Notes: generated from the sequence alone by a model not told the origin. A stretch of DNA of 63,759 nucleotides, filler included, from Dirinaria sp. TL-2023a (GCA_051941275.1; 13 parts of 13 records of this genome joined end to end with filler, not necessarily neighbours in it); one strand, 5' to 3'; positions 21,650-35,417 are shown, numbered from the whole stretch's first letter. Numbers and translations are program-made.

Positions 21650-24600
21650 TTCGGTACGCGAATTGGTGAAGAGAATAATATCAATCAACTTTTGCTCTGC
21701 GTAGTTGAGCCTTGCAGAGTAAAGGACTTGGTGGAGTGTGCTTCTCCATCCATCTAGCAGCAAGGGAGGCTTTCCGCGATGACGCTCGCTTGGAGCGCTA
21801 GTCGATTAGGTATTAAATCTTCAGTGGTCTCTCATCATTTGAGCCTCATTCTCAGATAATATTACTCGTTTACATATAATCGGCGCAGTCTTGTTAGATA
21901 AGCTCGAAGCCTGCGTTAGAGCCTTGAAAGAACGAATGTTAAGTATGATCTACTATGCTGTGGCTGACAAGTCCTACATGCCTTTTGTCGAACGCCAAAG
22001 CCATCTTCTTCGAAACGGTTCACTACACATGCTCATGCGCTACCTTGCACTTCCAGGAATCCTATAACTGCGGTACCTTACGACTACTTATAGGCATGGG
22101 GATACGTCTCTTGACCTACTTGGTACACGGTCTGAATGTTCCACCTACCACGAAATTTAGCCTTGCACGCCTTTTGCCTTCCCAGCTTCGATGAGGTCGG
22201 CGAATTGGTCTACTCGACATTTCACCGCCTCGTCAACCTTATTATCCCAAGGCCTAAAAACTAGCACTCATTGTCTTTTTGCTCACGATGCTAGCAATTC
22301 CAAATCTGGCCTGACCAGAAATGTTATGCGCACTGCTCTCAAAGGAGACTATATCAACTTACGAATCTTGGCTCTTACGTCCTTTCATTTCCTTGACCGA
22401 CTGCAAGTATGAGATAATTGTATGCATAGTACAGCCGGCTCCTGTATTTCCACTCTTCTTTCGGCTCCCTTAGAGCTCCTTTACTAAACTTTCTCAAACT
22501 TTCGATGTGGATCGGCCTACCCACCCCATTCAATAACACTGGCAGCCTGCTAATTCTATCTCGCTGCGGTCATAGCAGCATCTGGCGTCGAATAGGAAGA
22601 TACCTCCGATTTTGGGCGTCGAAATGCCCGTGTTGCCATGCCACACGTCACCGTGGATCAAGCAAGGCCTGATGATTCTCCTGGCTTTTTCTGAGGTTGC
22701 ATCGAGCGTGGAATAACACGGTCCAGTATTTTCATCTCTAAGCTGCTGAGTTTTAGCCGCTGTCCATTTTGCTTAACTTGGCCATCCAGGATACGATTCT
22801 CCGGTATCGTCTTGTAAAGCTCACACAGAGCTACTTCCTCTCATCTTATTATCGCCGCACTGGCTCCCATGGGGTCTGCTTGAGCGGACTTAAGAAGGAA
22901 CTTTTGGTCCGCGATCTTTCGTTTCTGTGTCGATACCTGCCTTGGGACCCAAAGCTAAGTTACCTTGCCTAGCGGCAGAAACCACAACTGCGCCCGCAGG
23001 AAAGTGTTTGGGAATTTCCGAGTCCAAGGGAAAATTCCCTTTGTAGCATAATTTGTACTAGGAATTTCCTCCACGTTCCTGTCCATTTGTATTGCTGCTC
23101 ATGAGAGATACGACTGCCTGTCTCTTTAAGGCGTATCCTTCCTTTCAAATAATAGAGCATGAGATCTACCAGTCCGGCATAGATTGTCTTCTACCACAGA
23201 TCCTATCGAACAGACCGCGCTCGCTTCTTTCCGGCGAATCATATCTGACTTCAATATGGCAACTCTTCGATGTTTCCTACAATATAAAGTGTACCTTTCG
23301 ACAATTGTATAGCGCTAAATCTAGGGCTATCACCGCGCGATCCGTCCACTCCTCAAAGCCGATAGACGATTCGGAACGCAGCCTTTGGCTCTTTCTGCCA
23401 AACCGGAAAAGTGACGGCGATCCGACCATTACAAAGGTATCCCATCCGTAAAGCTCTTAGAGCTCCCACTCATATGGCATCTTTTCGCTGTGACGATGAT
23501 CCGGTCAGCGAACCCTTCAGGTGCGGGAGCAGATCCGTCTTCGCTACACCCTGACTTGCCTCTGTCGGAGGATTTCCCCCATCGATGAGGTCTGCTCAAT
23601 ACGCGAAACCATTCCCTGTCATACTCTCAAGATCTCACTACCATTATATCTCCATTGTGCATCAAAATCTACATCTTTTCCTTCCATCTTGTTCTTCTTA
23701 TCAAGCCGCGCCGCATTACCTTATAACCATCAAAAAGCCTCCAAAGTACTATATTTATCTTCTCAACCTTTCTCGGCCGCTGGATGCCCTCACTCTTCCC
23801 TAGAATCCTTGACTGCAGGGTTATATACTTCCTAACCCCACGGGCACGGAATAGGCCTGACTCTGTACTAAGAGGATCATGCAGCGCTAGATAGGTTCTC
23901 TTGCTCCGCAACTACCAATGCTCCAGAGGAGGTAGCGCCACTTTCGATGATCTCCGGCGTCTCGATGGATTTACGCGTTCCTGCTGAGGGAGAGAACATG
24001 GTTTACCCAGGTCTCCATGATGGCTTCGAATCTTGGGATACACGTTAGCTCCCACGATTTAATGATGTGTCGCGCATATCTCTGGGCGCTATTTTTAAGA
24101 TCTGTCAAACATTAGAGAACTGCTACTGCATATGCGGTCTCAACTGTCGGTCTGGAACCTATCGAGGAAAATCAGCCGTTCGAAGAGAGAAAAGAGGTGA
24201 GAGAAAAGAAAGGGAAAAAAACCCCCCGCAGAACAGCAACGGGGAAAATGGGATCCCCCAAATCATATATGGCGAATAGCTCCAATCTAGACCAAATAAG
24301 AACAGAGAAGAAAAGAAAAAAAAAATCCAGGAATACGTAACTTCGAGAAAACTTGGGGCACAATCACTATTTATTGTAAGATAGATGCTACTAGGGGCGC
24401 CACTTAATTTTATATCACTCCTTTTCACTACTGTCTCTATTCGATTCTCCAGCGTATAAACCCTCATAACAATAAAGAACAGATCTTACACAAAAGCTGC
24501 TCTTCAATCATCCCCGCCTCCCCATGCATCTAGCACTCACCCNNNNNNNNNNNNNNNNNNNNNNNNNNNNNNNNNNNNNNNNNNNNTTAATTAATTAANN

Positions 24601-25440
24601 NNNNNNNNNNNNNNNNNNNNNNNNNNNNNNNNNNNNNNNNNNTGCTGGAAGCCTTCTTGATGTGGTAGAGGCTGCCGGTAAAGAAAGGTTCTGGGGCGTC
24701 GCTCTGTTCGCCGGACTCAGCTATGTAGCCGCCTTTCTATGTTTTGTATGGGTTAGGATCAGAGTAAAGGGGTGGAGTTGGAGGATAAAATGGTAGAAAG
24801 TCAGGCCCCGGGCGTTTCGGAGATCTGGATTCGTGTAGTCCCGACTTGTGTAGAACTTTATATTTTGAGAGGGAGCATTTCTGTGCAAACTGCTTTACTA
24901 TATGACCATCACTATATTTACTTCCTGGTTTTCGCAGCGTCAATTGCAGTGCTAAGATGTAGCGGACCTTCTCAGCTACACAGCGCGTGTGGGTCAACGT
25001 CTGCTGTACCGTACTGATTCGTATCACCCGATATAATACATTAAGTAGCAGACGTATTCACAGTACAGATCCTTCTCGGACTCTACACGGCAGTTCAATT
25101 GGCCTAAAGTGCGGGCGACGATGATAGGAGTGCACCGGGTGGGTTGGAGTGGTGGAGCTGATGAGCTGGAGAAATTTATGTAGAAATACTCGAGATTACC
25201 TAATCTGCCCGTGCCAAGACCACTATCGATAGTCACTTTCGATACCGAGGCGCATCTGATAAATCTTGGTACTGCTTCGAGCTCATTATTAATGTCTCCT
25301 GAACGCCTCGATTGCATTTTCCACTCATCTTTACATGCGCGATAACTTATGCCATAGCTGAACGTCATTCCATGGACTCCCATCCAATATCGCACAAGCT
25401 CCATCCAAGCTGTCTCGACCATCTTTGAGCTCAGCTCAAC

Positions 25441-26145
25441 ATGCAATCACAAACTCCGTGGTCGTCAATTAGTCCCGATCCTTTCGAAGATTCCCACTCC
25501 CGCTGGCGTGCTCTCACTCACCGCGCCTCTTCTTCCCACTCATCCTTTCTCTACGGTGTCATATCCACCAAGATCTACTGCCGTCCTACCTGCTCTGCAC
25601 GGCTTGCTCGACGAGCCAATGTCGTATTTTACGACACCGAAGCCCAAGCGCGACGCGACGGGTTCAGGCCATGTAAAAGGTGTCAGCCGGATAATCCAAC
25701 CTTCGTGGGAGAGAGGGAGGAGGTCGTCGTAAGAGCGATATCGCTTCTGCGGATAAAGAAAGATGGTTGGATGATGAAGAGAAGCTTGGAGGATTTGGCG
25801 AAAGAGGTGGGAGTGACGCCGAGTTATCTTTGCCGCGTGTTTAAGAAGACGATGGGGGTTACGATAGGGACGTACATGAAGGAATTTGAGAGAGAGCCAA
25901 GCGAGGGCGACACCGAGAGCTCAGTCGAATCTCCTGGGAGATTCGGATCAGGAGTCATAAACGTAGAGATGGGGCCCCTCATGCCGGCAATGGCAGCTAG
26001 CAGCCTTCCGGGGTCAGTGGAAGGTCGGAAGGGAGGGCTAGCGAAGGAGAATGAAGGAATTGGCGAAGAAGCATTTAATTTGGACTTCAATTTCGACGAA
26101 TGGATCTGGACTGAAGACTTTTCGAATGATAAGATCTATACGTGA
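25441..26145 (+). CDS. Ada-type Zn-binding methylphosphotriester-DNA methyltransferase / AraC-HTH regulator (AdaA/MPT-like)
   Basis: GVISTKIYCRPTCSAR...GFRPCKRCQP has all four Ada Zn-binding cysteines. It is followed by the HTH LEDLAKEVGVTPSYLCRVFKKTMGVT. Intronless. Confidence 0.92.
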   Translation: MQSQTPWSSISPDPFEDSHSRWRALTHRASSSHSSFLYGVISTKIYCRPTCSARLARRANVVFYDTEAQARRDGFRPCKRCQPDNPTFVGEREEVVVRAISLLRIKKDGWMMKRSLEDLAKEVGVTPSYLCRVFKKTMGVTIGTYMKEFEREPSEGDTESSVESPGRFGSGVINVEMGPLMPAMAASSLPGSVEGRKGGLAKENEGIGEEAFNLDFNFDEWIWTEDFSNDKIYT

Positions 26146-27046
26146 AATTTTCGGGGTTGCTCGTCTCACGAATCTTGTCATATTAGCGAAGCTGGCAGGA
26201 CCTCATCCATTCCACTTTCAGCGGTCTCTTGGCCATTCCGAACCCTGCACTATTGTTCGGTAAGGCTGGCAGTCGAAGCAGAGTATCAGTACTCCAGCGT
26301 CGCTTACTTTGAACCGAACAAGAGGTAAAGTCACATGTGTCTGTCATTGGTGTTGGCCTGCCGGTCCGGGGAAAAGAGAAATTTCCCGAACGATGGTCGT
26401 GATCATTCGACTGCGAGTCGCCCAGACCAGGCGTGAGTCCCTACTGATGCCATCCTACGTACTATCAGGCCCAAGCTCTGATTTGGTCAATCGATTGCTT
26501 GGCCCTGTAACGGTTCCCAATGCTGGACTACTGCAGCGCCATTTAGGCGGTGTCGCTTGTACAGTCGATTTCTGCGGATTGAAGCTTCCGCCAGGCGCAA
26601 AAAGCGTCTAACTGGTGCGTGCGATGGCCGATAATGACGAGATTTGGTTATGACTGCTGTGACTGTCAGATAAGCTCAGCTCACTCTCTTCATCAAGATC
26701 GATGTTCGATATCGTTGGAAATGTGTTTGAACACCATATAGCAGTAACTATCCAGGAAGCAAGGGCCGTACAAGAAGTACAGACTTGCCAATACCCTCGA
26801 GCTAGATAAATCAGGAAATAAGCAATCCACCAATGAATAAAACATACTATATCTAAAGGAATACAAGCATGCGACAGGCGTTCTGTGGGACACCCAATCG
26901 AATAGGCGAACCGTATCTGTAAGGCTATTGTATAAATGCGACGGTATGGAGCGAAGTTCCAACAGATGTGTTTGGGTTCCATCTTCACATCAAACGATCT
27001 GGTCTACATACTCTTTGCCAACTGACACCAACGCCCACACAGAGGC

Positions 27047-27676
27047 ATGATCTCGTCCCATCTTGCTTTGAGGATTCTTTGCCTTTGTATTCTCGGCATT
27101 CAATCTACGCTTAGTGTTTTGACGAACGCTAACGGTGAGCCCATCAATGTGGGCGCTTCAAGCTCCTTTGTACCCTGGAACTCAATCCGACTTTCCGGTG
27201 GCTGGACTGTACAGCTTGGCGCTGAACAGAACATCACACAATGGGTCCCTGTAGAATGGACAGCTACTCATCTCGAGAATTTCTACGCGTCCCTGTTCAC
27301 AATGGCTTCGACGAACTTTTGGACTGGAGTATCCCCTGCCAGCAGATATACTCTAAGCCTTGGGGCTTTGAACTTGATACTCTCGCCCGTCTCTGCCTCG
27401 GTACCAGTGCCGTGGAACATTATCGCCGAGTTCGCATGGGCTATGCTGGACTCCGCAAGGAGAGGATATACTGCTGGCTATTGTGTTCAGCTGCGCTCGC
27501 CGGCCGATAGGCAGAGTGGTTCGAACAATGGATGGTTGGCGCTCTTGATCGCCGCGCCAGAACGAGCCTCAACGTCGGTCTCATCACCACCAAACAGAGA
27601 GCCAGCTCGGAGCGCCTCGAGTGATGAGCCATCGTGCAAACGGCAATGTCCACCTAGAGGTCCCGAGCCTACTTGA
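27047..27676 (+). CDS. Putative secreted protein
   Basis: Hydrophobic signal-peptide-like N-terminus (LALRILCLCILGIQSTLS). 209-codon ORF with the core VPWNIIAEFAWAMLDSARRGYTAGY. Confidence 0.7.
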   Translation: MISSHLALRILCLCILGIQSTLSVLTNANGEPINVGASSSFVPWNSIRLSGGWTVQLGAEQNITQWVPVEWTATHLENFYASLFTMASTNFWTGVSPASRYTLSLGALNLILSPVSASVPVPWNIIAEFAWAMLDSARRGYTAGYCVQLRSPADRQSGSNNGWLALLIAAPERASTSVSSPPNREPARSASSDEPSCKRQCPPRGPEPT

Positions 27677-30161
27677 GATGGCATCTCTCAATAATCAGTT
27701 GGATGGTCCCGGGTCGACTGGAACGTGTTTTCGAAGTTTTATAAGCTTTCGTCAATTGCGAATCCTGAAGAACGGAGACCTGTCCACCCAAAATAAACCA
27801 CAATCCAAGCCAGATGAGCGAGCCGAGATCTGGGTAGCATCGGCCGAGGTAGCGCTAACACTGTGATGAACGTCTGGCGTCTTACCTACTAGAGCATGGC
27901 TGTTCCATCGAAATTCGTATAAGGCAATCGCTTCCATGGGCCCACTAATTCTCAACGCCGCATGGGATCTTATGAAGACCATTGCACTGTGTCGTTACTT
28001 CCGCTGATCTAGCTGCCGACTTTTATGGCTGCAGTGAGAGTCTGAGCCGGCTTTAGATCTGTGTGGTGCTAACTCACCGGCAGCACATGAAATGCAGTCA
28101 TGGGGCAGGAATGACCAGGTTTGGGCATGGCTTCAAGAAGCTAGCAAGCTTTGGAGTATGGAACTCTCTAAAGTGTATGTAAGGGTTGGTGAAGGGGCTT
28201 TAATTCCGCAATTCGGGGTTTCGTCGTCGTGAAACGGCAAAACTCAAGGAGACCAGATCTCTTCGAGCAATAATGCCACACAGTCCGACTTACGATGTAC
28301 GTAAGGCTCGTGCAAGTAGTGAAATGTCTCAATCTGCCACTGCCTTTTAGGTCATTGATCTCAGTGACTTCGAGCTACGAAGCTCAGAATAGTCTTTCAG
28401 AAGCAGGCTTTCTGTCAGCCATACAAGGTCGCCTTGGAGATGAACGTTACCCTGTAGTGGGTCATGAGTCAGCGCAGCTGACATAGCGCACTAAGAATGC
28501 TATATTGTGCGCCGTTACTGACACGCTACTGCGAAGCATTGTATCTTCCACAGCCCTAGCGCTTGATATAAGATAGTCCTACTAAAGCTCCAGCGCTCGG
28601 GTCATACCCAGCTAAGTACAGAACCAGGGAGACCATGTCCATGTCACCTTTGGGATCTCTACCGCCCAAGAGATCACAAAGGCAGGTTGATCTATTATTT
28701 CCAACATTACTATCCTCTTCAAGACGCATCTGCAACCCCCCCCCCCCCAACCATGCTGGCCAGGAGTCTAGTTCTTGCTCTCTATACATGTTGAAGCAGG
28801 GCCGGTTGCATAGGGAGGTGAACGACACTGGGGCCTCTCAAGGAATATAGTTCAGGCCGCTCGAATGAGCCTTCACCGTCCTATTTCCAGGAAAATCCAT
28901 TTCCATTCTCGACTTTGTAGCGGGGACGCAGCCTATTGAGAGATAGAAAGGAAAAGGGGAGAGTAAAGTAAGAAGAGTAATAGTTTAGAACCAGAATCTC
29001 GCTGAATCGAAGTCGAAGTCTGTATACATTTCCAAATTTTGTGGGATTTTCCCCGCAACTGTGCCATAACTATCACGAGTTCAAACTGAATCGCCCCCTT
29101 TTGAGCATGTTTGTTTTCTGTTCGTTTTGTTTTTGTTGCTGCCGAATTTGATACGTACACAATCATCTATTCATTACAAATTATCAAGATTATTAAACGC
29201 GGTCTTCTTAATTGTTCCGTATACTTCCTCAACAAATGTTCAACAACGTTCACCTTCTGCGCGTTTTTGCTATGACTTCACGTCTCAAATATTGTTGCGG
29301 GTTATATGCGATCAGGACAAAATTGCTCGTCTGGGAAAATTTTTGCACGCTGTGGAAATCACAAGGATAGGCGAACGAACATGGCCTCAATAGCCCCCAT
29401 CGTCGAAGGGATTATAAGATATGACCAGTTAGATGATCATAATTCGAATCAGATNNNNNNNNNNNNNNNNNNNNNNNNNNNNNNNNNNNNNNNNNNNNTT
29501 AATTAATTAANNNNNNNNNNNNNNNNNNNNNNNNNNNNNNNNNNNNNNNNNNNNGTATGGGGGGGAATGCGCGAAATCGCTCTTGTGATGCTTGAATGCT
29601 TGATCGGCCACGCACGAAAGTCGCCCATTAATAAGCGCGTGATTGGTGTCTTATCGTAATCCGAAGGTAGGAGGTCGGTCCGAGATGAAGCAAAGCCGAG
29701 GCGGGTTGGTGGGGCTAAGGTAGCTAGTAATGAATGTCATCCTAGCTTCTCTCTCTTACTCCGGATTTCGCTGCTGCCACTTTTTTTTCCCCATGTTACC
29801 TTACGTCAACTCCAGAACATTCTGTTTTTACTCGATGCCTTCCGATGCCGACAGAACCAGGTGCGGCGCGCTGACATATTCCCTGCTCCTCAGGTCCGAT
29901 GACTCCATGTCAGATCTTCCGTTGCTTGCCACCGTCACTGACCATAATATCAAACCCGTTCCTTCTCCAACCGTAGCTCCAAACAAATTTTCCCTCTCTG
30001 TACTTGACCCTCAAGGCAGCAAACACTGCCACCTCACGCCCACAATCTTCTTTCTGAGAATTCCGCACAAAGTCTTCTATTCCTCTTCCTGAAAGCTCTC
30101 CAGAGCTTCCCTTGTGGTCATTTTTTACTTCCTTTTAGTAGATCGATCTCACATTGAGCCT

Positions 30162-32029
30162 ATGGTTCACCTCTCCAGCTTCAGGTATTCTGCAGCGCTC
30201 GCGCTATACAGCGCGTTGCCCCAAGTGTTCGCTCATGGGCACGATGCATCCATGGATGTGGGAGTTGCTCCCAATGTCACATCAAAGCCTGCCGACATGA
30301 CATTTTCACATGCGCCGCCTCAGAGCTACTTCTCGTATCCCAGTTATTCGAGCCTGCTGTTGGCGCATATCGCGCTCATGACGGTCGCATGGTTTTTCAT
30401 ACTGCCAATTGGTGAGAGGTGTCCTCATAAAGCATGATGGACTTCTAACGGTTACTAGGTGTCATGCTGAGCGTTGCGCGGTCGCGTCTAGCAGTTCCAT
30501 TTCAGCTGACTTTCCTCGGCGTGAACGGGATCGCGCTTCTTGTAGGCAGTATCTACAATAATAAGACTCCAGATCTATACGAGAATAATTCGCATCACAA
30601 GCTCGGATGGATTATAACGTGGATTGTGATTGCGCAGAGCCTTATGGCTGTCACCAAATTATGTGGAGGCCGTTCGGGGTCTTATGGAAAATATGTGCAA
30701 GAGCAATCTTTTGGTTCAACGCCAGTCTCTGTGGAAGCTATCGCACAGCATCAGCAGATGCAGCAGAGACACGAATATTTGCACGATATCGGACATGGCA
30801 GCGACTCCGACACATCACGAACCAGCTCGATGTCAGGCACCACGGACTGTGAGGACAGTCCGGCGCGCGACTACCACCAGAAGCAGGATGATGAATCTGA
30901 AGCTGATTACACTGAAAAGCGTAGCCTGCTCGGCAATGGCGCCGTTGATCGCTTTCTCTCACGCGTCCCTTTTTCGATGCCAAATAGAGTAATGACAGCC
31001 ATTGACGTCGCGCATACTGTAATCGATCGCGTGATTTTGCTATTGGGGTTCCTTGCAACAACCACGGGTGTAGTCGTGTATGGAGGCGTCTTCGTAAGCT
31101 GCTCTGTTTCGGGTACGGATCTGCGGTGCTAATCGGGCCCTTAGCGCGGAAACAACGTCTTCAACGGACTTGCCCACTTCATTAAAGGCGGTATCTTTTT
31201 CTGGTACGGCCTTCTAACGCTCGGTCGTTGGATGGGATGCTTTGCTGAGCTCGGTTGGGCTTGGAACATTAAGCCGCCGACAGGCGTCGTCAGTGCTCGA
31301 AAAGCAAGGATCCCATCGGCCGAATTCGTCGAGTCGTTCGTCATCTTCCTGTATGGGTCTACGAATGTATTCCTGGAGCACCTAGCAGCATGGGGAGAAG
31401 CTTGGACCGCGCAGGATCTCGAGCACGTCTCTATCTCAATTATGTTCTTTGGCGGTGGTCTTTGTGGTATGCTGGTCGAATCGAAACGGATACGGGATCT
31501 CCTTAACACGAGCATCCTGTCCTCGCCTGCGAATGGCAAATTGAAACTCGCAGAAGAGCCTTGGATACCTCCTAAAACATACGGAATCTCGATGAACCCG
31601 TTCCCAGCCCTCATCATTCTCCTTCTCGGCGTGATGATGAGCTCCCACCATCAAGACTCGATGGTTTCAACCATGGTCCACAAGCAATGGGGCTACCTCT
31701 TCGTCGGCTTCGCTTTGGCCCGCGCAACCACCTATATCTTGACGTACCTCTCCCCGCCAACATCTTATCTACCATCTCGTCCGCCTTCTGAGATCATTAC
31801 CTCTTTCTGCCTCATCTCAGGTGGCCTCGTCTTCATGACCAGTAACAAGGACACGGTGGCAGCCATGGAACATCATGATCTCAACGCCATGTTTGCCTTA
31901 ACGGTCACCGTAGGATTTACAGCCTTCCTCATGGCTTGGACGATTCTAGCCCTCGCAATCAAGGGTTGGGCGAACAGGCGCCACCTGCCCAGGAATTCAA
32001 CTCTCAATGCTAACGCGGCGTTGGCATAA
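30162..32029 (+). CDS. YTP1/DUF2427-family (YCR061W-like) integral membrane protein; introns 30412-30458 and 31094-31144
   Basis: Signal peptide then AHGHD. Motifs TPDLYENNSHHKLGW, NGLAHFIKGGIFFWYG, EFVESFVIFLYGSTNVFLEH, DLEHVSI, MSSHHQ..STMVHKQWG and SRPPSE. Confidence 0.9.
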
Positions 32030-32728
32030 CGGCGAAAGTCTTGAATCTAGACCTTTCGCCAATTCCTTTCCTTGTCCAAGCGATTAAGCGATACAGCGTT
32101 ACGATTCATGTCTTTCATTTTAGGGGCCCCTTTTGTTGGGCATTTGCATACTTAAGATACCATCTGGTGTAGGATACCAGACAGCGTGTTCAATTAAACA
32201 AACCTTTTTTTTTTCTCCTCCATGTGCACCATCTCAGCCAGGATAATGTTGATTGTTGGTTCGTAAATGTTACCCAACTCGACGCTTCAGACGAGCAAAC
32301 TGAAACCCTGCTTTCAGACTACATCGATTGTATTCACAGCGGCATAAACTGTAATTACTACAATTGGCTTTCAAAGTAATCACCGAAAGCCAGTTTACAG
32401 GATGAAATATTGCTACAGGTGTAGTCCCAACGAGAACTTTGATCGTTCCGTAATTGATCAAGAAGTATTCAAGTAGAAGTGTAATCTAGGGTTATAAGCT
32501 AAATTTGCAAAGTCCGGCAAAAGCACGGAGTTTAGGGCTAGCGCTAGAAATTCTGAACAACCTAAGGTAGAGAGATGCTACCTCTCATGCCAATGTCTGT
32601 CCGAGGATCATGATGGGCGTCGCTTCCTACGAATATCCCAGCATTGTACGTAGTTGCAACGATTAAAGTTCCATGGAAAAATAGAACAGTCCCTCAAGTG
32701 CTACGATCGACCGTCACCCTTCCCCTTA

Positions 32729-33905
32729 ATGGCGCCTACGCTTCCTCAATTCAATCCTGCCCGACTAAGATCGTATATATTCCGGCTACCCTTGTTCACT
32801 CGGATCATACTCCTAGTAATCTTTTTGTTTTGGATATTGGAGCTTCAGTCGGCTTGGAACGTGGTGCAATGGGGTGCTCTCATTCCGCAGAAGGTCAATT
32901 TGGGAACAAGTGCGTCGATTGAAGAATGGACATCCTAGCCCGAGTATTGGAGAACTTGATGCTGACGCTCGGATTTGGGATCCAGTGTACCGGTTCAATA
33001 CTTATCCACTCATTCACCTCGGTCTTCTTCACGCCTTTCTGAACACATTGGCACTGGTCCCTCTACTAGAGAGGTTCGAAGCCGAGCATGGCACTTTATT
33101 GACCGGTGCAATGTTTTTTGGGCGTATGTTGACAGCGATCGCGGAAGGAGGACGAAACGCGGCTGACATAGCATTCCTAGCGCTGTCGAGCATACCGGCG
33201 GGCGCCTATCTGTTGATTGAAAGATTAATACTCAGAGGAAACAGTGCTGTGATGGGCGCAAGGTAGGACAGCTTAGCAGAACCTAAGTATTGAACTCAGC
33301 TGACAAAGTGCGAAGTATATGGGTCTTTGTCTTGCTAGGCGCAGAGGGTATCAAGACTTTCAAAGCAAACCCGTATTTCTCGTACGTTGATGAAATCATG
33401 AAACTCCCCAGATAATGTCGATCCAGCTAAAACCTTCTCAGCATCAGCACTTATAAGATACCAACATGGACGACTCCGCTCGTAGTCCTCCTGTTTGTCA
33501 CAGCACTGGTCCCGAATACTTCGTTTCTTGGTCATCTCTGCAGTGTTGGTGCAGGTTATCTATGTTCGTCTCTCTAGATTTCATCCAATACTGCCTCCCC
33601 CTTTCCATCGCCTTTTCAAGAAAACCCTTGAACAAAAAAAATTTCGACTAATAATAATCCCAATAGATGGATTGGGATACCTCAAGATCCTGGCACCGCC
33701 CGAAAAAATCCTTCGCTGGATCGAAGGCAAATTGAATCTCCTCGGCCGCTTACCGCATTACGTGTCCATAGATCAGAAAACATATGGCCGATACGGCGTC
33801 TTGCCTACCACAAGCTCAGGAGGGCCCTCTATGCCGCCCAGCGCAAGCGATGGGTCGACTCCGATGAACTTCTTGGGCGGGGCGGGACATAGACTTGGCC
33901 CGTGA
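32729..33905 (+). CDS. RBD2: Rhomboid protease 2 (five introns)
   Basis: YRFNTYPLIHLGLLHAFLN, ERFEAEHGTL, catalytic GAS (Ser codon split by an intron), NTSFLGHL with the catalytic His, and C-terminal LPHYVSIDQKTYGRYGVLP. Confidence 0.92.
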
Positions 33906-34465
33906 AAATCTGCTAGGGCTACCAAAAATTAAAGATAGAAAGGCTGTGTGTGCCTTTCTGACATTTACTCTATCTACCGCAATAGTGTTGAGATCATATC
34001 TCCATATCTGCGCGAGGCTCCGATTTCGTTCGGTTTCACATAACTCTCACATGAGACACATTTTGTCATCCCGGGCATGATCCTACCTACCTAGCGAAGC
34101 CTATTACTTCGTAATAACTCGACGTTCGTGACCTACAATTCTCAATCGTTATCTTTTTTCTATTCGTTCCCACCATCCCGCCCTTTCATTCCTGTCTCCG
34201 TAAGCTCCGTAAGCAGAAGGTGACATCCGGAAGGTTGGGGGATTCGAATATTTATGGATACATGGGGGCAAGGGCCGCGGTGGAGAAAATGCGAACTTTT
34301 CTGAGGGTTTTGTCTGGCAGTGGGCGAAGGATGATGAGTACAGCGCATATAGAAAAGTTAATAGCNNNNNNNNNNNNNNNNNNNNNNNNNNNNNNNNNNN
34401 NNNNNNNNNTTAATTAATTAANNNNNNNNNNNNNNNNNNNNNNNNNNNNNNNNNNNNNNNNNNNN

Positions 34466-35305
34466 GGGCGCTGGCTGTTGAGGCTGGGCCGGACCGTCGG
34501 TGGGGTGGGCTGGAGCTGAGGGGTTTTGTGTGTTTGCGGGTTTGAATGGCTGTGTGGATAGAGACTCTGGGGTGGGAGCTGGCGGCGTAATTAGTGCTTG
34601 GGAAGCTGACGCTGGTCGGGCCGGGCTTGGTGGCAGAGTTGCAGCTGTCATGCTGGGTACGAGTTGGGCCGATGAGACTGGGCTATGTGCGAGCTGTTGT
34701 TGATGCTGGCCTGGCTGAGAGCGTGGAAAATGGGTGGATGAGGGGGTTGGTGCTATCGATGCCGCTGTTGTTGACGGTGGATGCTGCGCATAGTATGGAT
34801 TGATTATGGATGCTTGAGCTAGCCAACCTTATGGTTAGCACTCATGAATGCCTGAAGGAAACGGGCAACGCGGGAAATGCAATGTATACATACCGTTTTG
34901 GGTGTACTGCTCTTGTATCTGCCGCTGCTCCTCACTCAGCTCCCTCGGCCACAGGTTGGGGGGCCGCTGGGGGTGGTGATTCCTTCGCTTGTTGATATCT
35001 TCGGGAATGTTTGGGGGAGGTGGCATGGAATTCGAGGAGGCCCGTTCGATAGGAGGATACTGTGGACTCGGCACATGTTGCTGCGTGGGACCAGGCCGTG
35101 AGTGCGCCTGAGCGTCGGATGCGGTCACGGCAGGATAAGAGTTCGGGTAATATTGCTGATTATATTGATGCTGGAAAGGGTTGTGGTGGTGCTGGGATAA
35201 GTGAGGTGCATGATGTGGACTAGGAAGGGCGCTATGGGGATCGTGGGAGAGGTTATGATTACCATTGAGCGGAGAAGGAGGGATGTAGCTGCCTTGCTGG
35301 GCCAT
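34466..35305 (-). CDS. Partial Gln/His/Pro-rich protein (N-terminus only, possibly a transcription regulator)
   Basis: ATG at 35305. Low-complexity exon ends at a GTATGT donor (~34892). A second Pro/Ser/Ala-rich exon runs to the contig edge. Confidence 0.6.
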
Positions 35306-35364
35306 TCGGAGTAAGGTATGGCTGGCTGTATGACTGTACTGTACCTATGGCTGGAGCTGGATGG

Positions 35365-35417
35365 GGCTCAGGCTCAGGCTCAGGCTCACGGCCCACGGGC
35401 CACGGGCCACGGGCCAC
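35365..35417. repeat. Compound microsatellite: (GGCTCA)4 followed by ~4 copies of CACGGGC
   Basis: Seen directly, just upstream of ATG 35305 (probable 5'UTR). Confidence 0.9.

Noticed and set aside
25441..26145. Bacterial contaminant or recent horizontal transfer of ada
   Set aside because: No operon or ribosome-binding context, eukaryote-like acidic tail, and fungal Ada-like homologs are established.
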